DNA of 49,185 bases, the filler included, from Bipalium vagum (taxonomy: Eukaryota), in assembly GCA_037834085.1 (NCBI GenBank). It is 2 parts of 2 records of this genome, joined end to end, with 100 filler letters (N's around TTAATTAATTAA, not from the genome) between each part and the next. Parts side by side here need not be neighbours in the genome. Positions count along the whole stretch, not along the records: positions 29,098 to 49,185 come from JBBMKC010260686.1; 1 more part is not named here. One strand, given 5' to 3'. The notes under the pieces were generated by a model that made no database searches, was not told the origin of the DNA, and worked only from the letters and a program-made list of their open reading frames with translations. Below, one piece after another: positions 39,943 to 49,185 of this stretch. The translations under genes and the position numbers were made by a program. How positions within the stretch are numbered: position 1 is the stretch's first letter; the number at the start of each line of letters is the position of its first letter.

Positions 39943-40015
39943 TAACCTAAAGCTCAGCGATCAAAGCAGTCCATAGGCATATGAAATGTCCTGGGTTCGA
40001 ATCCCGATATTTCCG
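39943..40015 (+). other. tRNA-derived sequence (SINE head or tRNA pseudogene)
   Basis: A-box/D-arm-like AGCTCAGCGATCAAAGC at 39951 and B-box GGGTTCGAATCCC at about 39993 with tRNA-like spacing; acceptor and anticodon stems pair poorly. Confidence 0.6.
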
Positions 40016-40199
40016 ATGTGGAAAGCCTGCGTAGATCAAAGAAGATATGTGTAACCGACGATAGCAAAAACAGTGAAAGTGATGGAAAACCATACAGGAT
40101 TTGAACTTTAATATAATCATGTTTAACTGTAATTTACCAATTTCATTAATCAGCATTTTTATTTTCGAAATTAAAACTATTTGGTTAATAAATGTGAAT

Positions 40200-42600
40200 T
40201 GCGTAACTGATTGATTACAAAAAAATTATATGATTGAAGATTCAAATAGCTTAGAAAAAAGAAAATTGATAATTAATTTCAGAAAATGTATCGGTCAAAG
40301 AGCTGTCCATTGCGTTTGGAATAAATTTATAAATAATTACAAGTATAATAAGCTTGTATAAAAACAGCAAGAATTGAGAGAAAATCAACAAGGAACAGAG
40401 GCCTAATAAATTAACCAGTAATGTTTCAAAAATTCAATTGTATATTGATAATTCCTCAACAATTACGTTAAGAAATATAAAAATTAGCCTCAAAGGAAAT
40501 GAAAATAATGAATTGTCCATGAGAACTGTGAGTGATGTAATAAAATCTTCCTTTAATTCCTTTAGAATGATAAGAAATATTCTTGAAAGGTCAAATGGTG
40601 ACGAACATAAACCTAAAAGACACAATTATGCAATGTTATTTATTAACTTAAATCAAAATAAATTAATATTTTTAGATGGAAAAGGTACAATGATATTTAT
40701 CTTATTTAGCATATTCAAAAATGTTCGTCAATTAAGAACCATAAATTATAGCATATAAGCCTCAATTATCAAAAAGCCAATTTTTCTATAAAGTGGAAAG
40801 ATATTTTATCAACAAAAAATTTTTTTTCATAATTTCAGAAGGATTAATTGAAAATATTAAAGAAAAATATGATTAATATAAAAATTATTACTGACAAGTG
40901 TGCATTCACAAATTTAAAAAACAGAATTCTCAAGAATGAATGCACACAATCAATATTTCTTCCTACAGTCCATTTCTTAATGCGATTAAAGAAGCGTTTT
41001 CTAAATGGAAAAATGTTATTATTATTATTAATATTTCAAGAAAATCTGACAGTTGCTGTACTAAGTGGATTTTCAAGTTTCACGAGTAAAGATTGCCGAA
41101 TGATGTTTCGAGTAGATGCGACCATACTTACACTGATATATACAGAAAGAAGGTTTACATGAATAATTTTTTACATAGACTATTTACTAAACAGTTTAGA
41201 AAAACTAAGATATTTTAGTAAAATTGCCTTTTGGGAAGTAATACTATCAAGTGTAATGTACGATAGAATCACAAGAAAAAACACTTTTTTTCAATATAAG
41301 AACAATTTTGTTTTACAAGGATGTCTTTCCATATTGCCACTGTCCCAGAGTCTTTTCAAGATTAGATCACGAAAGTTTAGGATACTCTGGGACACTATAG
41401 TCTATTTAGACGACATAATGAGCATTATTATAGATCAATACTTTAAGCATTACTTTAAATATGGAGAACCAAAAGAAATAGTACCTATTCATTGAAAAAG
41501 ACAAGAATTGTTTTAAAAATAATGGTTGTTCAGTCAATTAATTTAATTGCATTGCAACATGGGAAAGTTTTTATTAATTGAAATACAGTCATCTAATGAT
41601 AAAATAAGCTTGAAATTTATTTTAAAAATTAGCAGTATCACTTAAAACTAAATTTTTATATTTTTTTTTTTCATATTTTTAATATTTAACAGTTCTAAAT
41701 TAATTGGTTATTGTGTTTAAACAAACGAATTTAAAAATATGCTTAATTGATATTGAATCATTTTTTAGGTCATACAATATTTCATGAACAGATAATCCAT
41801 TGATGTGCAATTTTCTTAATATGTAAAGGAAAATGGCAATAACACTATGCACGCTATTACAAATTAAGGTATTATTATAAGAAACCGTAGTGATCCAAAG
41901 GGAAATAGCGAATAAATTTACTTATCCTAGTGTGCCATAAAACTGTCAACAAAATGATTAAAATAATTAGTCTCTAAACTCTAAGGATAAAGGAAGAGTA
42001 AGTAAATCAACTTTTAGTTTTATGACTAAAAAACTGTTATTATTTCTTTGAATCTATTTCAATGGTCACGTACTATATATGTAGATTGCAGAAAATTTTT
42101 TGAATCTAAATTTTTTATACTCTAGTCGCACAGATCTATGGAAAAAGTTGTTCGTCGAGCCCGTAATATCATGACACTTACGAGATAATAGAACGGCAGT
42201 CTCTAGCATTGTGAGACCATATGAATATTACAATGGTTGAGAGGTGAACCAACGAATAGGAAAATATTTTACCAGAAATTGAGTTTGATTTATATGCAAA
42301 ATTTCATATTTTTAGAATGCAGTGCAGCCAAAATTATATTTGGAAGAAAGCTTTACAGAAAAATATGGTTAAATAATAAGTTATTAAGAGAAGAAGAAAA
42401 GGAGAACTTTCAAAAAAGCAGAGTCCAAAGACAATTAGGAGAATAAGAACTGGAAGATAAATTAATAGTTAACGCCGAAAATAGAACGAAGGAAAAATAC
42501 GAGGGTCCATATATTATCAATAAAAAATCGATATAGAAGAAAATGATTTGAAGATAAAGAAATGAAAAACGATTGAAAGGAACTTCGAAATATTAAAATT
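40200..42600 (+). mobile_element. Highly decayed Ty3/gypsy internal region (RT and integrase remnants)
   Basis: IVYLDDI at 41397-41417, followed by integrase-like IIIDQYFK...FKYGEPKEIV, and KYEGPYII (GPY/F motif) at about 42495-42518; many stops and deletions. Confidence 0.7.
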
Positions 42601-42999
42601 AAAATAAATAAATAAAAATTGTAATAATTTTTAAGTTGCCCTCAACAATATATTCATACCTCCATTTTCCAAATTTGAATTTGAATTGGCAGAAATTATT
42701 GGGACTTGATTTAAAGAAATATTACCTAAAGGGAAATTTAAATTAAAGGTGAAAATAAATAATGAATTGAAAAAATGTCAAATGATAAATTTCTAAACAA
42801 TTTTTAATTAGAATTTCATAAATAATTGATGAGTTTCATTATTTTTCTCTAATAAAGAAAAACTTCAGTTTTTGACAACTATTATTTTTCTTTTAACAAT
42901 TGGTTGAAGTTCTGCCAAAACAAGAACTTTGATCACAGTTGCGACAGAATAAATAAAAAGAAATAAATCAAATTTCATTCATTTCAGAAAACATTGGAA

Positions 43000-44442
43000 A
43001 TGTCAAAAGCAATTGTACAGGAATTTTTGGTCTCGACTTCTTCTCATGGATATTACAAACTTGGAGGCAATGTAGACAATGTTTTCAGAAAAGTTACATG
43101 GATGATTGTTCTCATTTCGGCATTCTCGGTTTTCATATATCATGTCCATTTGTTGACAACAAAATATATTTCATATCCCGTATCCACCAAAATAAAATAC
43201 GACGTACAAAATGCAACGTACCCATCTATTACTATCTGTTATAATATGCCTTATATTGAACCCAATCTATCCAATACCATGACCAGATATAACAATACCC
43301 TTGTATTTTCTGACATTAATAAATTAGCTCTTCAATACTGGACGGACAATCTTGTCTCATTCAATATTTCGAAAAATTCTCTCTTCGAAATCTATACAAC
43401 AACCATAATGCCTCTGGCGGGTGATGCAGGGGTTCTGGTTTGGCCAAAACTTCCTTTGATTATTTGCGTCATGGAAAATGAGTTTAACTGTCGAAATCAT
43501 TTTAATAAAAGTTTCATTTATAAAAATCGACCATGCGTAAGTGGACACATTTCAACTCCTCAAATAACCAGCTTAAAACTTGTTATATTATGGCCTTATA
43601 CTGAGTTGCAACCGAGGAATTCTAAACCATTTATTATTTATGATTCATTTGTGTCCGTTTATTTCCACCAGAAAGAAACCTATCCATCAGGATTAGGACA
43701 CCAGGCTTTGGAATGTTCAAATATTTTATTAATTAATTATAAATTGATAGCTTACAATCTGACATGTAACGATATTCAAGATGATCTCAAAGTCTTTTCC
43801 AGAATAAATAATGAGACCTTGACATTCAAATACTCCAAAGCACTCTGTGAACAATTGAACACCCAATGGAACATTTGGGAGAACTGTAAGTGTATTTCAG
43901 AATTACTTCCGATCCCTTTAGATTTGTACGAACATTTTGGTGGTAATATCGATAATTTTTGCCATGCAATTTGGGAAAATTTAATCAATTTCTCTGAAGA
44001 TAAGAATAAAAGGATCAATCAAAGAATTTCTTGTCACAATATTCAGTTGAATAATGTGAGCAAAAAATGTCCAGAGCCTTGTGAACACCTTGTTGTCAAT
44101 GTTGAGTCGCAGTACAATTATATGAAAACCACTGAGTTAATAAGTAAGTATTATAAAAGATTTCTGAAAAAGATCCAGTCATCGAATGATACTAGCATCA
44201 TGGAAAAAAGATTTTTTAAAAAATACCTTGATGATGACCTTTTTAACTTATTTCTTCCGATAAATATTGATTATTCTGTCAAAGTTCTAATTTTTCAAAG
44301 TACATTGTCTTATGATATCATGACGTTTCTATCCGATATCGGAGGAGTGATGGGTTTATATATGGGCTGGAGTATTATCACATGTATAGAAATATTAATA
44401 CTTTTTGGTGAACTGATAGCTCATAAATATTGTAGAAACTGA
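43000..44442 (+). CDS. DEG/ENaC (amiloride-sensitive sodium channel family) subunit, uninterrupted ORF
   Basis: 480-aa ORF from ATG 43000: STSSHG motif, TM1 (WMIVLISAFSVFIYHV), YPSITICY, Cys-rich thumb (C..CKC...C...CPEPC), TM2 FLSDIGGVMGLYMGWSIITCIE. An AG at 42986-42987 allows a possible upstream exon. Confidence 0.95.
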   Translation: MSKAIVQEFLVSTSSHGYYKLGGNVDNVFRKVTWMIVLISAFSVFIYHVHLLTTKYISYPVSTKIKYDVQNATYPSITICYNMPYIEPNLSNTMTRYNNTLVFSDINKLALQYWTDNLVSFNISKNSLFEIYTTTIMPLAGDAGVLVWPKLPLIICVMENEFNCRNHFNKSFIYKNRPCVSGHISTPQITSLKLVILWPYTELQPRNSKPFIIYDSFVSVYFHQKETYPSGLGHQALECSNILLINYKLIAYNLTCNDIQDDLKVFSRINNETLTFKYSKALCEQLNTQWNIWENCKCISELLPIPLDLYEHFGGNIDNFCHAIWENLINFSEDKNKRINQRISCHNIQLNNVSKKCPEPCEHLVVNVESQYNYMKTTELISKYYKRFLKKIQSSNDTSIMEKRFFKKYLDDDLFNLFLPINIDYSVKVLIFQSTLSYDIMTFLSDIGGVMGLYMGWSIITCIEILILFGELIAHKYCRN

Positions 44443-44766
44443 AAAACAAAATTTTCTGGACTAAAGATTGATCTTGAAGGGTAATTTGGTGAATGTGAAA
44501 AATATTAAGATAATAAATTACTTTTTAAGTTATTTTGATTTATAATTAATGTAGTTAACATTTTAAATAAATTTGGTTTTTTTCTTTCAATGAAAATTGT
44601 TAATGATTTTCTCCTTAAGAAAATTATTTTTTTTCTATATACTCTTTAAACCCAAAATGACTTTTGGTCTTCAATGCAGATCTTATGTTACGTTTTAATT
44701 GCGAAATTATAAAGGTGTTAAAATTTCATGATATCATTCATCATATTTATTTTTTTTAAATAAATA

Positions 44767-44846
44767 TTTAATTAATTAATACTAATATTAATTAATTAAT
44801 TAATACTAATATTAATTAATTAATTAATACTAATATTAATTAATTA
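44767..44846. repeat. AT-rich minisatellite, about 24-bp unit x3
   Basis: taatactaatattaattaattaat repeated in tandem. Confidence 0.85.
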
Positions 44847-46692
44847 GTTAATGTCATAATTTAAAAAAAAATATTTTTCGACCTGACTTTGCTTTTGAAC
44901 TGAAAGAACTTTTTAATTCCTTAAATCAAATAAAAAGAAAAATAATTTATTTATTTTATAAAAATCATTATGTTTTGTGTAAAAATATGAATATTTATGT
45001 ACATAAATAACTAGCCAAAACAACATGACAGGAATAAGACCCATCAATTAAAATTATATCCTTGTGTGTGCTTTGGTTATTATCATTCGATTGATTACAT
45101 AATCTGACATTTTAATATTCACTTTGTTCAATTTCTTCCTTCCATCATATGATAAGCAAAAACATACAGATATGATTCATCCCATAGCCCAAGTATTACA
45201 CTTCAGCATATCATCTAATCTCGCAAATCTAATTTTCTCTTCTTTGTTTTGATGCACTATTATAATATGATTTTCTCTTGTTCCTCTTCTTTATACTTGT
45301 CTTTCCGCCTTCCAATAGAATATGTCACCTTTTCCAGGAAAACCATATCATAATCTTCAAATGATTTTCGTTATCATAGTAAAAAAAACCCTATATTATA
45401 TGTTTATGTTTGAAATTGCAGGATGAATGTGAAAAAATGTTCCCCTTAACCGCGTCAAACACTCCTCAAAATTCACTCAATTGCATTATTTATTCTGAAT
45501 ACTTCTCTAATCATGATACATGTTTACCTTTTCTACATATCTTCCTTCCATCTGAGCTAATACTATCTTTTTCTGTAATCATCTGGTGGGTTATCTTCTC
45601 ATCTTTCGCATCAATCACTGCAGCTATCTGCAACAGCTTAGTTACAAATGGAGATTTAACATTTTCTCACGTTACAATAACAGGAATTAGCATTAACATA
45701 GCTTCTGAAGCACCGATATACTATGATATTCTCAATAGCATTTAAACGTAACCCTTTTAACAACACCTGATTGGCTTTGACTCTCCTCCATTCTGACTCT
45801 TAACAGTTTTGATACTTCACACTCCAAAATCAAAATCTTCAATCCCGAGGACAAGAGACGCAAAGCGGTGAAAACATTACTTTATAATATTTGTGATCCG
45901 ATGACAATAATATTATGTAATAATCCTTTTGTATGATTTCTAATTATGTTATGTATGATGATATCTAGTTATTTTATAAATCTGATTCTTTAATTTATGT
46001 AAAAACCCTCTTTTTCTGTGCTGTATTTGGTTATTTTATAATAAAAAGTTTCTTGGTAAAAATATATGCATGGACCTAAAAGAAATTTGTTTTGTAAATC
46101 GTCCTTGATTGAAAAATAGTAAAACAATATGTAAATGTAAATAAAATAATAAATTAATTAAAAATGAAAAAATTATCATTTTAAGAGTAGGATACTAGAA
46201 GAGTTTAAAATGAGGACAACAAATATTACTATAAATAAACAATAGAGGAAATTTTTATTATACAAAAAAGAAAGAATAACAAATAAAACTTTAAATAGTA
46301 AGAAAACATATAAGGAAATTTTTAGAGGAAACAAGAAAGTTCTGTTTTTGGAAAATCAGACAGAAATATTAATATAAAAGGAGAATAAAAACGTATGAAG
46401 TCAGAAATAAAATAAAACTTTACATTATCACAAATCAAAGCTAAAGTTCAAAAATTTAAAAATAGCAAGCCTAAAACAAATTGAAACAGAACGGTCAATT
46501 GAAGATTTAGAAATCGCGAGTCAACAAAACCTACAGAAGTGGAACAGTAGTAAAATTTAATAAATTTTTATAAAAATAAAAGTTTTAAAAATCAATTCGT
46601 TTTCTCAGTAATTTTAAATAATAATAACGAAGACTCAATTAAGCAACCTTCATCGTTAAGACCTAAATCACAATAAGCTCCACTTATTTACA

Positions 46693-47640
46693 TCTCCCTT
46701 TTTTATGATCTTAACAGGTATAATAATTAAATTGGTATGCTTTCGGATACTTCTAAATCTGACAACGAATAAATTTTACCAATCGTTTGCTCACAATAAT
46801 CTTAAGCTACCATGTGCCTGTTGTGCCTAATAACATTATCATTATATTTTATAACCGATGATCCAGGTTTTCTGGCACTCACCAATGCCAACTTTGTAGG
46901 TATTATTTTCTTTATGGTCTATCGTTTCTTAACCTTTTGTTGTAGGTTTAGTATTTCACCTTTAATTGACTGATGTTTCGACCGTTAACTCATCACAAAT
47001 TTCAAACCTTTGTCCTTAAGCTTTTTATCATCATTCTTTATATTGTTCCTGACCTGACAAGAAATAATTTTCTCTATCAAATAAAGTCAGGAAAAACGCA
47101 AAAGATCATAACAACATTTAAACAAGGTATGGAACTGGAAGAAAAGTTGTTGATTAAAATTGAAGTTTCCAGAAGACTTTTTTAATGGCCCAAATTACGA
47201 AGAATGTAAATATATACACTCTTTGACAAAATTATTTTCCCACTGTGTATTAGAATGAATATGTTTTACTTTGCCTTAATCATATTTAGTGAAAACACAA
47301 GCATGTAAAACCCTTGAGAATAGCAAAAGTAGAGATTAAAATTGCATAAGAGATAAGCGAATTTTTACAATTTCCATTTTCTCTAGAATTATCTTGTGAA
47401 CAGCAACACACACCAGCTTCCTTTCCTGTTTCCATTAGTGATATATTGCGGAAGATTGACTTAGTATAAAGTAGCAAAATACTTGGTGAACCAAAATTAG
47501 ATCCCATATGTTTGTTACAATTGAAAAGCTATCATTTGTCTAGTTGCATATTGTCATTGGTATTTTGAGTACCGCTCAAAAAGTAATCATTTTGGTAAAA
47601 ATAAACTTCTTTGTTGATATAAAAGGCTCCATTCTATATT
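46693..47640 (-). mobile_element. Decayed LTR-retrotransposon integrase remnant ending in a polypurine tract
   Basis: Minus strand AAAAAAGGGAGA (46704-46693) immediately followed by TGTA, a PPT/LTR junction pattern. Upstream weak integrase-like strings EPFISTKKFIF, NFGSPSILL, NSRENG. Confidence 0.5.
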
Positions 47641-48035
47641 TTTGGTTTCGAATAAAACAAAAAATAGAAAGAAAGAAAGAAATGAGTAAAATAGACAAGT
47701 AATTTTGAAAAGACAGAAGCAAAATAAATAAATATATTTAGATTTTATTATGAAATTTTTAAGCTATAACTAACTATTATATTAATTAATTGAGTTTGGT
47801 AGTGAAGAATATTAAAATGCTGAAATTTACAATAATATGTAATAAATGTTTAAAAAGTAAAAATTGACAGTCAGAAATATAGATAAAGTTAAGATAATTT
47901 TTGATTAAAATTATTTTGTTTAAATATATGAATTTAAATATTTTTGTCAATTATTATTTAAATTTATTATGATAAAAACTTTATATTTCACAAGTTATTA
48001 AAACGTGCTCAGTTTTTAATAATTTTCAAGCTAAT

Positions 48036-49118
48036 ATGTTTCAGTATTTTTTTATACACTTATTTTTATTATTTATTTTTCAACCTGGTGTGATATTCTC
48101 TATTAAATGTTGTCTAAGTAATGATTGTTCTCAATTCAAAAATTGTTCTCGAGAGGTGTCTCATTGCATTTTTATAGGGAAATTATCAGTAAATAAAACA
48201 GATAGTAAATTTGTTAGGACAACGGAAATGAATTTAAATCATTTTGAATGCTGGTCTTGGCCTCATGAAGTAGATAATTATTAATTATATTAAGAAATAG
48301 TTTTTAGTTAGAAATTGTATTTAGTCAAATTTGTGCCCAAAAGAAATCGGCAGTTGTTATTCAGTTCATAATCATTATAATGTTAAAACGTTTTGTTGTG
48401 CAGGTGACTTCTGTAACAATCCTGTTAATTTAACATGTGAAATTAAAGAAGAAAGTAAATTGATTTTTTGGTATAAAATTAGAATTTCTTACATTAAAAT
48501 ATGAATTCACTCATCTTTATTTAATTGTTCATTTATCCTTGTTTAGGCGTTGACTTTTATCCTCCATTGCTAACAAAGTTTTACACCAGTACGGCTCCTT
48601 CACCGAAAAATTCTGATTTAAAATCAGTCTATATCCCGATCGGTGTTTTTTTTGCCGTAACCTTTCTGATAATCTTGTTGCGAGGAATGGTGAAAAAAAT
48701 CAAATTGTGTATGCGTCGTGCATTCGGCAAAAGAGAGACTACTTATAACGGCTTATCGATGCAAAGCGATCGAACAACTTGCATATCAAAGGTGACAAAT
48801 GACAATTTCTCCATGAACCAACTGCACATGTTCAGTGAGGAAATCTTGAAGGTATGTGAAAATTCGTACTCGAGTTTCCGCTTTCAATCCGTTTAGGCAT
48901 CGAATTATTATGAGAAATGTGAGAAAAAATGTCTGGGCAAGTTTGGAGAGATCTGGACCGGTAGGCTGGTTGCAGATAACATTCAGGACGTAGTTGAAAA
49001 CGTGGCGGTGAAGATATTTCGACCGCGTGACGAAACCAGCTGGGAAACTGAAATCGAGATGTACCGATACATCAGAAACCGATGTTCGCGAATTGTAAAA
49101 TACATTGGTTGTGATAAA
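48036..49118 (+). CDS. TGF-beta family type II receptor Ser/Thr kinase (activin receptor II-like), first four exons; continues beyond window
   Basis: Exons 48036-48269, 48325-48454, 48547-48851, 48897-49118. Signal peptide, Cys-rich ectodomain with CW and FCCAGDFCN box, TM VYIPIGVFFAVTFLIILL, kinase start LGKFGEIW...VAVKIF...SWETEIEMY. No GS (SGSGSG) box, hence type II. Confidence 0.88.
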
Positions 49119-49185
49119 GTGAGTTGATATTATGCTCTGCCTTTATTTGAATTTTTTTTCTATTTTTTATGATTTCAAATATATA

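Noticed and set aside
39943-40015. Functional tRNA gene
   Set aside because: Acceptor and anticodon stems do not pair properly; kept only as a tRNA-derived element.

Overview
Very AT-rich animal (invertebrate) genomic DNA with spliced genes. A flatworm/spiralian origin is plausible but is inference only. The window is two contigs joined by an artificial 100-nt spacer (44 N + TTAATTAATTAA + 44 N, 28998-29097). Left contig: a complete, divergent 11-exon junctophilin gene (-), a decayed multi-exon gene, a probable solo LTR, and the 5' 12 exons of VPS52 (+), cut off before the gap. Right contig: the last 5 exons of an SLC36/Aa_trans amino-acid transporter (+), decayed Ty3/gypsy remnants, an intact single-ORF DEG/ENaC channel (+), and the first 4 exons of a type II TGF-beta-family receptor kinase (+). 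Introns are either about 43-80 nt or kilobases long, and the long ones often hold dead DNA transposons (mariner, Tc1, Tc3-like, Tigger/pogo, ITmD37E-like, Chapaev-like). No clearly new multi-gene system is supportable. The best leads are a possible DEG/ENaC pseudogene and long hairpins inside junctophilin introns, candidate in-frame VPS52 microexons, very relaxed 5' splice sites, and a reconstructable nested transposon insertion.
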